Assembly (NCBI GenBank): GCA_030602565.1
Contig: JAUVZL010000007.1
Coordinates: 761 to 64,760 of the forward strand
Origin: Candidatus Stahliibacteriota bacterium
GTDB taxonomy: Bacteria > Hydrothermota > Tepidihabitantia > SM23-42
Length of the DNA: 64,000 bases
Direction: 5' to 3'
Position numbers and translations under genes: made by a program. Shown piece after piece: positions 53,457 through 64,000 of the stretch; position 1 is the first letter of the stretch, and each line of letters opens with the position of its first letter. Below the pieces are notes generated by a model. It worked only from the letters and a program-made list of their open reading frames with translations, had not been told where the DNA came from and searched no databases.

Positions 53457-54785
53457 ATGTCAAAAGAATCAAAATCGTATAAAAATTCACCGAAAAAATT
53501 CTACATTAAGACCTTCGGTTGTCAGATGAATAAAAATGATTCCTCAATAATAACCGATATTTTGGAAAGCAACGAGTATAAACGTACTGAAGACCCTTGT
53601 TACGCTGATATCTATATTGTAAATACGTGTTCAGTAAGGGAGCATGCAGAACAGCGTGCCTTGGGACATATCGCTTCTTTGAAAAAATGGTCAGATAAGG
53701 AAGAACGGGTAGTTGCCGTAGTCGGCTGCATGGCACAACGTTTGGCTAATGAGATCACCAAGCAATATGCTTTTGTAAATTTGGTCTTGGGTCCTGATTC
53801 ATACCGAAAGATCGCCGAGTACCTGGACCAGATATTTGATACCAAGACGAGAATTATCGAAACGAAGCTGGGTAATGAGGTCTACGGTGATATCTTTCCA
53901 AAACGGACAGGCATAACCGATTTCGTATCGATTATGCGCGGCTGTGATAACTTCTGTACCTACTGCATTGTACCTTATGTCAGGGGACGGGCGCGTTCCA
54001 GATCTGTAGATGAGATTATGAGCGAGATGCAGAGCATGGTGCGCAGCGGCGTGAAAGACATTACCCTTTTAGGACAGAATGTCAATGAATACTCACATGG
54101 CAATACGGATTTTGCCGGTCTGTTAAACATGGTTGCTCAGAACCTTGAATTAGTGCGGCTTCGTTTCCTGACCTCACATCCAAAGGATCTGGATGACGCA
54201 ACTATTAAGGCAGTTAGAAACAACGACAAGATATGTAGGTGGTTTCATTTGCCCCTCCAATCAGGGTGTGATCGGATACTTCAATTAATGAACCGCAAGT
54301 ACACCAAGAATGATTTTCAAGAGCTCGTTCAGAGAATAAGACAGAACATCCCTGATGCAACGGTCACGACCGACATCATTGTCGGTTTTCCTACAGAGAC
54401 CGAGGAGGAATTTCAGGAAACAGTTGGCATGATGACTGAGATAGGGTTTGATAATGCCTACTTGTATAGGTATTCACCAAGACAAGGCACAAAAGCATTT
54501 GAGTATGAATCTTTGCCTGAACACGTGATTAAAGATCGACTCAAGAGGATAATCAATGTTCAGAACAAGATAGTCATTAGTAAGGCAAGGCAGATGATTG
54601 GTCAGACATATGAAGTCCTTTTTGAAAGCCCGGCATTGAATAACGCGACACGGGCCAAGACACGGGGTAATAAGAATGTTATCGTTGAAAAAGAAATCGC
54701 ACCTGGTGTTTTGAGTAAAGTAATAGTAAAAGAGGTGAGAGGGAGGACCCCGATTGCCGAAATCATCAAATATTTTAGGTATTGA
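53457..54785 (+). CDS. miaB: tRNA-2-methylthio-N6-dimethylallyladenosine synthase
   Basis: FYIKTFGCQMNKNDS N-domain, MRGCDNFCTYC radical SAM, TRAM C-terminus. Confidence 0.85.
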   Translation: MSKESKSYKNSPKKFYIKTFGCQMNKNDSSIITDILESNEYKRTEDPCYADIYIVNTCSVREHAEQRALGHIASLKKWSDKEERVVAVVGCMAQRLANEITKQYAFVNLVLGPDSYRKIAEYLDQIFDTKTRIIETKLGNEVYGDIFPKRTGITDFVSIMRGCDNFCTYCIVPYVRGRARSRSVDEIMSEMQSMVRSGVKDITLLGQNVNEYSHGNTDFAGLLNMVAQNLELVRLRFLTSHPKDLDDATIKAVRNNDKICRWFHLPLQSGCDRILQLMNRKYTKNDFQELVQRIRQNIPDATVTTDIIVGFPTETEEEFQETVGMMTEIGFDNAYLYRYSPRQGTKAFEYESLPEHVIKDRLKRIINVQNKIVISKARQMIGQTYEVLFESPALNNATRAKTRGNKNVIVEKEIAPGVLSKVIVKEVRGRTPIAEIIKYFRY

Positions 54786-54870
54786 CAAATGGAGAATTAT
54801 TGTTAGTATATAGTAATTGTAAACTTAAGTCTTTCGGGGAGTTTGTAAGTTAGATATAAGAGGAGGAATT

Positions 54871-57800
54871 ATGAAGAAAATAGGATTAGGTATATTAGTG
54901 TTTGCTGTTTTTCTTAACGCGGCAGTGACAACAGCAATAGGGAAGACAAATCCAGTTCCGCTATACAATAACCAGAAGCAATCCATAAATGCTCCGGTTG
55001 TGCAGAGTGATGTGGTGCCGTGTATTGACCAAGAAAACCATGGTGTGTTCATACCGATGGTGTATGGAAATGCGGGTAAGATAACGTTTTCTAATGGCAT
55101 ATCGTTCGATACTGAGGTTTTAGAAAAGGCCGGCGAACCGAATCTGCCGGGTGAAATGCAGTATCGTCCTGACGAATCTGCGTATTATATTGTGCAGTTT
55201 AAAGGTCCGGTATATGAAGCGCAGAAGTCCTGGTTGAATAGTAATGGTGTGGTCATTCATTTCTATGTACCGCATTATGGTTTTGTCTGTAGTATTGAAG
55301 ATATGGGTGATGTTGAGAAGGTACGTGCGGCTTTGTCAGTGGCATGGGTTGGTATGTATCAGCCGGCGTACAAGGTATCTGGTTTATTTAAACATGTTGG
55401 TAATGAACATCGGGTTACAATACTAATGTTTATGGATGCGGATATCAGTGCTGTTTTGGCTGAGGTCGAGGTAATTACTGGTCGCGCGCAATTTGAAGTT
55501 ACAGACAATGGTATTAATAAGATGATTCATGGTATGGTTAGTCAGGGACATGTTAATGATTTGGCGCGTATCCCTGGTATTTACTGGATCGAGCCGTATA
55601 TTCAGCCAGTAACACATAATAATAATGTGCAGTGGATTGTCCAGGATGCGCAGAATAATGTTCGCAATATCTGGGATAAGGGTATACGTGGTGAGGGTGA
55701 GATTGTCAATAATACAGACTCGGGTATTAATACGAATCATTATCAACACCGGTCTGGAAGTTCAGCAATAGGCACATGGGGTTATTATCCTTCGCATAAT
55801 GCGATCGTAGCCTATGATTCAGGCGCGCCATCGACGATCGTGTTTGGTGATGGCGGTTCGTATCATGGTACACATACAGTCTGTACGCTGACTGGCGATG
55901 ATTCACCACATGCGTCTTCGAATCGTGATGGCATTGCCATGAAAGCAAAGGTGTATTTTAATGACTGCGGTGATAATACATCAGGTTCGATCTACACGTA
56001 TGGTGACCTTAATGATCTATATATAAGATCTTATAATCGTTATTATCCTCCGACCAGGGCACATATCAGTACTAACTCCTGGGGTGCTGAGGTTGATGGT
56101 GAGTATACCTCAACCTCGCTTGCGGTTGATCAGTTTATGTGGGGACAAAAAGATTTCCTTTTATGTTTTTCTGCTGGTAATAGTGGACCATCTTCTGGAT
56201 CAATAGGCGCACCGGCTTCTGCAAAGAATGTGGTGACAGTAGGCGGTTGCCTTAATGGTTCGGCTAATCAGTATCAATCGATTTATTTCTGGGGCAGCCG
56301 TGGGCCATGTCAGGATGGTCGAATGAAACCGACTATTATTACCCCGGCGCAGGCCGTGGTGTCTGCATGGTATGGGACGAGCAATTATCAAAGTATGAGT
56401 GGTACGAGTATGGCATCGCCGAGTGCAGCTGGTGCTGCAGCATTGGTCAGGCAGTATTTACGCGAGGGCTGGTATCCAACTGGTTCGCAGACTGCTTCGG
56501 ATTCATTTGCGTTTATTAGTGCCGCGCTATTAAAGGCAATCCTTGTCAATTGCGCTGATGACGATATTTCGGGTTATCAGGTTCCTGACAATAATATTGG
56601 CTGGGGCAGGGTAGACCTTGATTCGACGCTTTACTTTACTGGTGAGGCGCGCAAGACTTTGTTGGTTGATAATACTCCCGGTGTGCTAACTGGTGAACAA
56701 GTTGATTATCATTTTAATGTTCCTTCAGGTGCATCAAACCTTAAGATAGCACTTGTCTGGACTGATTATCCAGGAAATCCAGCGGTACTGACTCAGATTG
56801 TGAATGACCTGGACTTGGTCGTCACGATCAATGGTACATATTATAATGGTAATCAGTATTCAGGTGGTCAATCACAGGCTAATCCAGCAGGTCGTGATTC
56901 ATTGAACGTGGTGGAGTGTGTGCGTCGGAACAATCCATCGTCGGGTGATTACCGGGTGAGCATACTTGCGCGCAATGTGCCGTGTGGACCCCAGCCATTC
57001 AGTCTTGCTATCAGTTATAATGCAGGAGCAATTGCTGGCGTTGTGACCCTTGATAAGCCCGTGTATAGGGCAAATGACTTTGTGGTTGACACGGTACGTA
57101 TAAGAGTAGAAGATACGAACTATGGCGCTCCAGGTTCAGTTGATCAGGTAATGGTAGTAATTAATAGTGCGATAACTGAAACACAACCTGAGACATTATA
57201 CTGCACAGAGCTCGCGGCGAATGCGTATGTATTTACCGGTGAAATGTCGCTGCTCTTTCACAAACCAGTACATGGTGATTCAAAGTTATCAGTATGCCAG
57301 GGTGATACAATCCATGTGGCATATACTGATGCAAATCCTTCCTACACCTCGATAGCATGGGCTGGCGTTGATGCTTCGTACTTTGTGATTAGCGATGTCC
57401 ACTGCGAGAACATTGAGGCGGATATGGTTGACATAGTGTGGATAACCAATGAGAATTCCAGCTCGACGGTCTATTATGGTATTGATCCAGGTAATTTAAA
57501 TCAGGTTGTTTCGCCTGATACTCCGTATGTAAGCACACACCGCGTCCACATTACAGGTCTCAGCGAAACGACTCGCTACTACTACGACGTTGAATCAAGA
57601 GACTTCCGAGGAAACGTGGTGCGTGATAATAATGGTGGTCAGCACTACTCATTTAGCACCGGGAGTTTTGCCGGTGTCGATATTCTGGTTGCGCTTGCAG
57701 ATGGAATTGATGGCGGAGCCGCATCAGGCCAGCCTTTGCCTGGTTTGCAATACCGTTTCCGAAAGGCAATAGAAAGTGGAGGTTGGTCATACACGTGGTG

Positions 57801-59427
57801 GAGATCTTCGGATCACGGTGGTGAAATACCTGCTCGAGATATGATGAAGAATTACAAGGCAGTATTTGTGCCCTGTGAAGATGAATATCCACCATACCTT
57901 CGCGCCCAGCAGGAGACGATCAAGGTTTATCAGGAGAACGGTGGTAGAATTGCATTCGCTGGTCACGATTTTCTGTGGCATGCCTGGGATAATAGTACGA
58001 CTCCTGGCTATGATAGTCTGTGGTGTAAAAACTATCTCCAGGGACGGTATGTCAGTGATATCACCGTGGCCGGAAACTATGACATCTATGGTGTTGCGGG
58101 TGACCCGATAAGTGGTGATTATACTGGTGGTGTGTTTTATAGTCCTCACCGTACTGGTGCATGTGGTGATGAAATGCAAGGAATAAATAATCCACCGAAT
58201 GGATGGGATACTGGAACATCGACGAATATCTGGCGCTGGGACGCAATAAACGGTATGCTCGTCGGCACAAAATGGGAATCCAATAGTAACCACGGGACGC
58301 CAGGCGATGGTGTCTGGGGTGGATATCGTACCAGGACAGTGATGAATGCTTTCTCAGCTACTCAGATGGATACATTATTACTACCAGACATTCTCAACAA
58401 AATATTTATCTGGCTCATTGGACACGACCATCCTGACGTGACACTTAGCTCACCGCAAGGTGGTCAAACCTATTCATCGAGTCCGATTTCGATCGCCTGG
58501 ACCGCTTCAACACATGGTGGTGCGTCAGTTGATACAACCTGGATTGAATATTCACCTGATCAAGGACAAACCTGGATTGAATTAATATCAGGCACCGGCG
58601 TGACCTCGCCCTATTCCTGGGATATCAGTAGTTTGATCAATGGTTTACGATATCGTGTCAGGGTAACTGTCTGTGACAAGGATGTTTATCCGTCAATGAA
58701 AGGTTTTGACGAAACAGAAAATTTCACAATCAGTATTCCTGGCAATGATTACATAGGACCAAAGGTTATCCCGCAGTCGATGACAGTTCAATATAACCCG
58801 ATGATCGTGACCGCGACTAATCTTCTCCTGCCGATCGCTGCAGCGGTCAATGATTCTCTCAGTGGTCTAAGTAATATCGCAGCGGCTGAGTGGTCTTTGG
58901 GCTCTGACCCTGCTTCACCAGGTTCAGGGTATGCAATGGCAGCGCTTGATGGTTCATTCAATCAGATACAAGAAGCAGTGGTAGATACTATGGATTGCAT
59001 ATATAACCCTGGTGTTACTAATGTCTGTACGCTGTGGGTACGTGGACAGGATGCCGCCACAAATTGGGGGTCAGCGTTAATGCGGACCTTTACAATAATT
59101 GACGGCCAGATAATTATCGGTGTTTCTGAATCAGGTAAACTGATTCCGTTTCACTTTTCGCTATCCAATCCAATTCCTAATCCGTTCACAAACCAGGTAG
59201 CGATTTCTTATGGCATACCCAAATCTGTGCAAGTTAGTCTTAAGATCTACAATTGCCTTGGTCAGGTCGTTAAAACACTGGAAGACGGCGTAGTCGAGCC
59301 TGGTATTTACAGGGCTATGTGGAATGGTACTGACAACTTAAATCGTAAAGTTAGTGCGGGTATATATTTCTACAGATTCACGAGTGATGAATACACATCA
59401 ACGAAGAAGATGGTGATGGTAAGATAG
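54871..59427 (+). CDS. 1518-aa secreted subtilisin-like (S8) serine peptidase with multiple beta-sandwich domains and T9SS C-terminal sorting domain
   Basis: catalytic triad motifs NNTDSGIN, SYHGTHTV, GTSMASPSAAGAAALV; C-terminus NPIPNPF...SGIYFYRF...KKMVMVR = Por_Secre_tail. Confidence 0.8.
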   Translation: MKKIGLGILVFAVFLNAAVTTAIGKTNPVPLYNNQKQSINAPVVQSDVVPCIDQENHGVFIPMVYGNAGKITFSNGISFDTEVLEKAGEPNLPGEMQYRPDESAYYIVQFKGPVYEAQKSWLNSNGVVIHFYVPHYGFVCSIEDMGDVEKVRAALSVAWVGMYQPAYKVSGLFKHVGNEHRVTILMFMDADISAVLAEVEVITGRAQFEVTDNGINKMIHGMVSQGHVNDLARIPGIYWIEPYIQPVTHNNNVQWIVQDAQNNVRNIWDKGIRGEGEIVNNTDSGINTNHYQHRSGSSAIGTWGYYPSHNAIVAYDSGAPSTIVFGDGGSYHGTHTVCTLTGDDSPHASSNRDGIAMKAKVYFNDCGDNTSGSIYTYGDLNDLYIRSYNRYYPPTRAHISTNSWGAEVDGEYTSTSLAVDQFMWGQKDFLLCFSAGNSGPSSGSIGAPASAKNVVTVGGCLNGSANQYQSIYFWGSRGPCQDGRMKPTIITPAQAVVSAWYGTSNYQSMSGTSMASPSAAGAAALVRQYLREGWYPTGSQTASDSFAFISAALLKAILVNCADDDISGYQVPDNNIGWGRVDLDSTLYFTGEARKTLLVDNTPGVLTGEQVDYHFNVPSGASNLKIALVWTDYPGNPAVLTQIVNDLDLVVTINGTYYNGNQYSGGQSQANPAGRDSLNVVECVRRNNPSSGDYRVSILARNVPCGPQPFSLAISYNAGAIAGVVTLDKPVYRANDFVVDTVRIRVEDTNYGAPGSVDQVMVVINSAITETQPETLYCTELAANAYVFTGEMSLLFHKPVHGDSKLSVCQGDTIHVAYTDANPSYTSIAWAGVDASYFVISDVHCENIEADMVDIVWITNENSSSTVYYGIDPGNLNQVVSPDTPYVSTHRVHITGLSETTRYYYDVESRDFRGNVVRDNNGGQHYSFSTGSFAGVDILVALADGIDGGAASGQPLPGLQYRFRKAIESGGWSYTWWRSSDHGGEIPARDMMKNYKAVFVPCEDEYPPYLRAQQETIKVYQENGGRIAFAGHDFLWHAWDNSTTPGYDSLWCKNYLQGRYVSDITVAGNYDIYGVAGDPISGDYTGGVFYSPHRTGACGDEMQGINNPPNGWDTGTSTNIWRWDAINGMLVGTKWESNSNHGTPGDGVWGGYRTRTVMNAFSATQMDTLLLPDILNKIFIWLIGHDHPDVTLSSPQGGQTYSSSPISIAWTASTHGGASVDTTWIEYSPDQGQTWIELISGTGVTSPYSWDISSLINGLRYRVRVTVCDKDVYPSMKGFDETENFTISIPGNDYIGPKVIPQSMTVQYNPMIVTATNLLLPIAAAVNDSLSGLSNIAAAEWSLGSDPASPGSGYAMAALDGSFNQIQEAVVDTMDCIYNPGVTNVCTLWVRGQDAATNWGSALMRTFTIIDGQIIIGVSESGKLIPFHFSLSNPIPNPFTNQVAISYGIPKSVQVSLKIYNCLGQVVKTLEDGVVEPGIYRAMWNGTDNLNRKVSAGIYFYRFTSDEYTSTKKMVMVR

Positions 59428-59437
59428 CTAATGCAAA

Positions 59438-59471
59438 GGGGGCAGGTTTAACCTGCCCCCTTTTTGGTTTT
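59438..59471 (+). terminator. rho-independent terminator GGGGGCAGG-TTTAA-CCTGCCCCC + TTTTTGGTTTTT
   Basis: read directly. Confidence 0.8.
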
Positions 59472-59472
59472 T

Positions 59473-60117
59473 GTGGAAAACCTCAACAAATTCATAGACC
59501 AGACTATATTAAACCCCTCAGCTACAAAAGCTGAGATTATGGCATTCCTATGTGATGTCGAGAAGTATGAGTTTTATGCGGCAGTAGTTAATCCATGCTG
59601 GGTTTCCTCAGTGCGCCGAGCACTTCCTAAAGATATTAAGGTATGCAGTGTTGTTGGTTTTCCGCTTGGCGCATCAACCACTAAAGCTAAGGTATATGCG
59701 GCTCAGGATCTCATTGCTATGGGTTGTGATGAGATAGATATGGTGCTGAATATCGGCCAATTAAAGGATAAAAATTTCAAATATGTGGGGAAAGAGATAA
59801 AATCAGTAGTGGATGCAGCCCAAGGCAGGATTGTTAAGGTCATTATTGAAACATGTCTACTTGATCCTGATGAAAAACAAGCTGCAGCACGTATTGTCAA
59901 AGAAAGTGGCGCCCATTTTGTCAAAACTTCAACTGGATTTTCAAATGAAGGGGCTAAAGTAGAGGATGTGGCTTTGCTGCGCAGGGTTGTCGGCCCTAAG
60001 TTTGGTGTCAAGGCTTCAGGAGGGATTAGGCAACGCGTTTTTGCCGTAGAGCTCATAAAAGCTGGAGCCAATCGTATCGGTACATCAGCTGGTGTTCAGA
60101 TTATGAACAGTGATTAA
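59473..60117 (+). CDS. deoC: deoxyribose-phosphate aldolase
   Basis: FIDQTILNP, VVGFPLG, VKTSTGF (Schiff-base Lys), KASGGIR; GTG start chosen outside terminator. Confidence 0.85.
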   Translation: MENLNKFIDQTILNPSATKAEIMAFLCDVEKYEFYAAVVNPCWVSSVRRALPKDIKVCSVVGFPLGASTTKAKVYAAQDLIAMGCDEIDMVLNIGQLKDKNFKYVGKEIKSVVDAAQGRIVKVIIETCLLDPDEKQAAARIVKESGAHFVKTSTGFSNEGAKVEDVALLRRVVGPKFGVKASGGIRQRVFAVELIKAGANRIGTSAGVQIMNSD

Positions 60118-60179
60118 GAAGCAAGAAGAGACATCCGTGAATTAAGTCCTATAATATCGAGATTTATTCAATTTACCCC

Positions 60180-60207
60180 TTGACAAAGGGATATTTTTTA
60201 CTATAAT
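60180..60207 (+). promoter_or_regulatory. sigma70 promoter TTGACA-16-TATAAT for rpsU
   Basis: read directly; SD AAAGGAGG and ATG 60236 follow. Confidence 0.55.
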
Positions 60208-60235
60208 ATATCTATTAAAAGGAGGTGTAAACTAG

Positions 60236-60430
60236 ATGACAAAGATAACTGTCTACGAGGGCGAATCATTTGATAATGCGATACGTCGTTTTCGTAAGTC
60301 GGTTGAACGTGCTGGTATTTTAAGAGATGTAAAAAAGCATGAGATATTCGAAAAACCGAGCGAAAAAAGAAAAAGACGTCTTATTGCGGCACGCAAAAAG
60401 GAACAAAAACGACAGCGGGAGGAAATATAG
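60236..60430 (+). CDS. rpsU: 30S ribosomal protein S21
   Basis: MTKITVYEGESFDNAIRRFRKSVERAGIL... near-invariant family sequence. Confidence 0.9.
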   Translation: MTKITVYEGESFDNAIRRFRKSVERAGILRDVKKHEIFEKPSEKRKRRLIAARKKEQKRQREEI

Positions 60431-60447
60431 GCAGGACCCATGCCGAA

Positions 60448-62376
60448 GTGGTATTAGAACTCCCAAAAGTCCTTAACATACTTGTTGATTACTGCGATAT
60501 CTCTGCTACCCGGGAAAAAGTGAAGCGCTTATCTCCTTTTACGACTCAGAAGATCGCGGAGCATGAACTGAACCGGGTAGATAATATAATGAAAAGTGGT
60601 GAGTATGTTCAACTCTATTGCCCGTTTGAGCCGAGATATTTAGAAAATGAATTGGCTGTACTACCTTATTTAACGGCTGAACAATTAGTTAAGTTAAAGA
60701 ATTGGTTTATATTCATCCATAATATAAAAAGGAAATTCAGGACATGTGCAATCAAGGCATACTTTAGTAAACTCGGTAATTACCGTGATATTGTGAGTAC
60801 AATCGAGGAGAAGATTGATGATAATGAACAGATACTCGATAAAGCATCTCAAGAGCTATCCAGGATACGCGTGCAGAAAAAGAAGCTGCGCAGTCAGATT
60901 AAACAGATTTTGAATACTGTCCTGATGAATCGACAAAGCATTTTTTCAGACTTGAATATAGTGGAGAGAGAGGGTAGGTATGTGTTACCAGTACTACGCA
61001 ACTTTAAGAACGATATCTCGGGAATTATTCATTCCTATTCAAATACTGGTGAGACAGTTTTTATTGAACCGGTGGAGATCACTGACAACAGTGCTCGGCT
61101 TCGAGGGTTAGATGATCTTGAAAACGAGGAAATCAAACGTATTCTCAAAGGTTTGACCGATATAATACGCTTTGATATTACACGTATCGAAGCAGACATT
61201 GATACTATTATTGATCTTGATATGCTTTTTGCCAAGGTGCGATTTGCTCAGGACCTTAAGGCAAATATGCCCATTTTCAGTGAGAATGTGAGTATTTATA
61301 ATGGTTATCATCCAATCTTAAAGCGCCTTATTAAAAATGTCATTTCCTTAAACCTGAAAATGAACGGACACGAAAAAATCCTTTTGATTTCGGGACCTAA
61401 TGCTGGCGGCAAGACCGTTGTTCTCAAAACTGTTGGGCTTCTTGCACTCATGGCAAAATGTGGTTTATTTATCCCTGTTGATGAAGGCAGCACAATACCT
61501 TTTTATGATGAAGTGTATGCGGACATTGGGGATGAACAAAGCATAGAATCTAATCTCTCAACATTTGCTGCCCATATCAAGCAAATTAAATATGCTTTAG
61601 AAGGGAGCAAGAAAAGCTTAGTTTTGTTAGACGAACTAATGAGTCAGACATCAGTGGAAGAGGGTTCAGCTTTAGCAATAGCTATATTGGAACGTTTTGC
61701 GAGCCGGGGAAATACTGTGCTGGCAACAACTCATAATGAGGATTTGAAGATATTTGTGAGCCGTCGTCAGGATATGATGAACGCCGGGATGGAATTTATT
61801 GATCGACCAACCTACCGACTCATATTGGGTGTCCCGCAACCGAGTAATGCAATTAAGTTGGCTAAAAGTCTTGGTATTGCCAGACAGGTGATTAGCAATG
61901 CGATTGATCATCTCGATAAAGATAAGATGTCCGTGAACACACTATTTGAGGACCTGGCATGTGAGCTCAAGGCAATTAAAGAGCAAAGGCAGAGGTTGTC
62001 CAGCCTCATTAATGAATACGAGGTAAAGCTCGGTGATTTGAATATGAGAAAAAAGCAGGAACTGAGTGATTTGAAGGCGAAATACAAGAAGGAATTGATT
62101 GCTTCTAAAAGGAGCATAGAGAAGCTCATCAAGGAGCTGAAAAAAAGACCAAAGCCTGAAGTTGTGCATACGATTAGGAAGTTTTTTGAAGAAAAGCTGA
62201 AAGTGGACGAGAATCACGAACCATACTATCCAAAATTAGGTGAAATGGTGAGAATTAGGCAGCTCAAGAAGACTGGTCAAGTTGTTGAGGTTCATACCGG
62301 GAAGTTTAAAATCAGTCTTGACAACATATTTTACTGGGTCGGACCTGAAGAAATTGAGCAAGTCGACCAGTCCTAA
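60448..62376 (+). CDS. mutS2: endonuclease MutS2 family protein
   Basis: MutS domain V Walker A ISGPNAGGKTVVLKTVGL, DELMSQTS; 642 aa. Confidence 0.8.
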   Translation: MVLELPKVLNILVDYCDISATREKVKRLSPFTTQKIAEHELNRVDNIMKSGEYVQLYCPFEPRYLENELAVLPYLTAEQLVKLKNWFIFIHNIKRKFRTCAIKAYFSKLGNYRDIVSTIEEKIDDNEQILDKASQELSRIRVQKKKLRSQIKQILNTVLMNRQSIFSDLNIVEREGRYVLPVLRNFKNDISGIIHSYSNTGETVFIEPVEITDNSARLRGLDDLENEEIKRILKGLTDIIRFDITRIEADIDTIIDLDMLFAKVRFAQDLKANMPIFSENVSIYNGYHPILKRLIKNVISLNLKMNGHEKILLISGPNAGGKTVVLKTVGLLALMAKCGLFIPVDEGSTIPFYDEVYADIGDEQSIESNLSTFAAHIKQIKYALEGSKKSLVLLDELMSQTSVEEGSALAIAILERFASRGNTVLATTHNEDLKIFVSRRQDMMNAGMEFIDRPTYRLILGVPQPSNAIKLAKSLGIARQVISNAIDHLDKDKMSVNTLFEDLACELKAIKEQRQRLSSLINEYEVKLGDLNMRKKQELSDLKAKYKKELIASKRSIEKLIKELKKRPKPEVVHTIRKFFEEKLKVDENHEPYYPKLGEMVRIRQLKKTGQVVEVHTGKFKISLDNIFYWVGPEEIEQVDQS

Positions 62377-62385
62377 TTGCACAAA

Positions 62386-64000
62386 ATGATTGAGAAAGAA
62401 AAGATCGAAGAGATTAAGAGACAAACTGACATAGTCGGTCTAGTATCTCAATATATTCAGTTGAAAAAGGTAGGTAAGAACTATCGAGCTTTGTGTCCAT
62501 TCCATTTGGAAAAAACGCCTTCTTTTTATGTGAACTCTGAGAAGGGAATTTTTTATTGCTTTGGGTGTAAAAAAGGTGGAAATGCGATAAATTTTCTCAT
62601 GGAATATGAAAAAATGGATTTTCCAACCGCGGTTAAGTTATTGGCAAAGAACCTCGGTATTGAAATCGAAACGACAAAAGGTTTGAAATACAAGGAGATT
62701 TACGAAGCTAATGAAATCGCTTGTCAGTTCTATGCTTTATGCCTTTCAAAAAATATCGGTAAAAGAGGTCGGAACTATTTGGCTAAACGGAACATAGATA
62801 TTGAGAAATTGCAGGATTTCCAGCTTGGCTATGCGCCGTTGTCTGGTGGTCTAGTAACCTATGCAAGGCAAAACGGTGTATCCAAGCAAGCACTTTTTAC
62901 GGCTGGTCTTATTTCTCAGTCAACGTCAAGCAGGAGTCTTGAGGCGTTCCGGGATCGTTTGATTTTTCCAATCCTTAACTTGTCTGGAAGAATTATTGGT
63001 TTTGGTGGTCGAAGCATCGACGATCAGAACAGACCAAAATACCTTAATTCTCCAGAGACACCGATATTTAAGAAGGGCGATATCCTCTATGGCCTTTATC
63101 AGGCTAAAAAAGCCATACGCACCAAGAACGAAGCGATCCTTGTTGAAGGTTATTTTGATCTTTTGAGTTTGTTTCAGCAAGGCATTGATAATCTCTGTGC
63201 ACCTTTGGGCACGTCTTTGACTGAAAAACAAGCAATGTTGATTTCTCGTTTTGCTAAAAAGGTAAATATTCTGTTTGATGGAGATTTATCGGGTATGAAA
63301 GCTGCGCTGCGTGCGATAGGTTTGCTTATTAATGTACAGGTGGATGTATTCGTGACTTCACTGCCAGAAGATACTGACCCTGACCGTTTTATAAATGAGA
63401 GCGGTGCTGACGTGTTGAAAGAGGCCATTAAATCTGCAACAGATTTTTTCCACTTTTATAAAAAGATGTCAAAACCCGAAACTGTTGAACAGGAGGTTGT
63501 TTTAATAAAAGATCTCATTCAAATAATCGGTAATATACATGATCCCATCAGATTTGACAGGTATTTGAAATACGCATCCCATGTTTTTGACATCCCGGTT
63601 GAAACAATAAAAAAAGCGATGCGGCGTACTGACGTTACTGATAAGCCAGTCGCGCGAGCAAAGACCACGGCTGAAGAATGGCTCATCGCCATGATTCTAA
63701 ATCTGCGCGAACACTTCGCACAGATCAAAAGTATACTAGTTCCTGAAGATTTCAGTGAACCTGGAGTTAGACGGCTCTACAAACAGCTCCTTATGGGGGA
63801 AGATATTGATATTGACGATGCTTTGGCTAGCGCGGATCAGAATCTTCGTCAAAAGGTTTATTCAATCATCATGAGAGGCGAATCAGTGAGTAAAGAAGCG
63901 TTGTTAGAAAGCATTAAGCGTCATAAGAGTAGTATTGAAGAGACAAGGATAAGAACGAAGATCAGTGAAGCAAGAACCAAGGGTGATGATGCGGCACTGA
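62386..64000 (+). CDS. dnaG: DNA primase (partial, continues past window end)
   Basis: zinc ribbon CPFHLEKTPSFYVNSEKGIFYCFGCKKGG, TOPRIM EGYFD motif. Confidence 0.85.
   Translation, partial: MIEKEKIEEIKRQTDIVGLVSQYIQLKKVGKNYRALCPFHLEKTPSFYVNSEKGIFYCFGCKKGGNAINFLMEYEKMDFPTAVKLLAKNLGIEIETTKGLKYKEIYEANEIACQFYALCLSKNIGKRGRNYLAKRNIDIEKLQDFQLGYAPLSGGLVTYARQNGVSKQALFTAGLISQSTSSRSLEAFRDRLIFPILNLSGRIIGFGGRSIDDQNRPKYLNSPETPIFKKGDILYGLYQAKKAIRTKNEAILVEGYFDLLSLFQQGIDNLCAPLGTSLTEKQAMLISRFAKKVNILFDGDLSGMKAALRAIGLLINVQVDVFVTSLPEDTDPDRFINESGADVLKEAIKSATDFFHFYKKMSKPETVEQEVVLIKDLIQIIGNIHDPIRFDRYLKYASHVFDIPVETIKKAMRRTDVTDKPVARAKTTAEEWLIAMILNLREHFAQIKSILVPEDFSEPGVRRLYKQLLMGEDIDIDDALASADQNLRQKVYSIIMRGESVSKEALLESIKRHKSSIEETRIRTKISEARTKGDDAAL

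Overview
This is a 64-kb chromosomal segment from an AT-rich bacterium that encodes two cargo proteins with type IX secretion (T9SS, Por_Secre_tail) C-terminal sorting domains, placing it in the FCB-group or a related candidate phylum (inference). Housekeeping blocks flank it: lysS-lolCD-mcsAB at the 5' end and mtnA-folD, rpsA, mtaB/miaB, deoC-rpsU-mutS2-dnaG at the 3' end. A variable middle region starts at a tRNA-Met gene (17.3 kb) and runs to about 31.9 kb. It holds a same-strand array of small modification enzymes (GNATs, SAM methyltransferases, HAD, metallophosphoesterase) whose gene junctions repeatedly carry an identical ~20-bp sequence (CTAACATGCGATCAGATTGGG), so successive unrelated genes all begin MRSDW. 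It also holds hicAB, an orphan pilT and a dense mixture of related short dispersed repeats built from degenerate 8-bp-periodic units (GAGTATCG / TATCGAG, GTCCCGAG cores). Downstream lies a polarity/motility-type module: mglA, mglB, a protein with two tandem DnaA/Hda-like AAA+ modules, a DUF4388/PATAN-TPR protein, cheR, cheD, cheB and a TPR protein, with no cheA/cheW/MCP. Between the two MiaB-family genes there is a decayed mobile/defence islet (AbiEi-like gene, structured repeat cluster, 34-codon serine-recombinase N-terminal remnant). Several genes combine a near-consensus sigma70 promoter with a start codon 6-10 nt after the -10 element, which suggests leaderless mRNAs.
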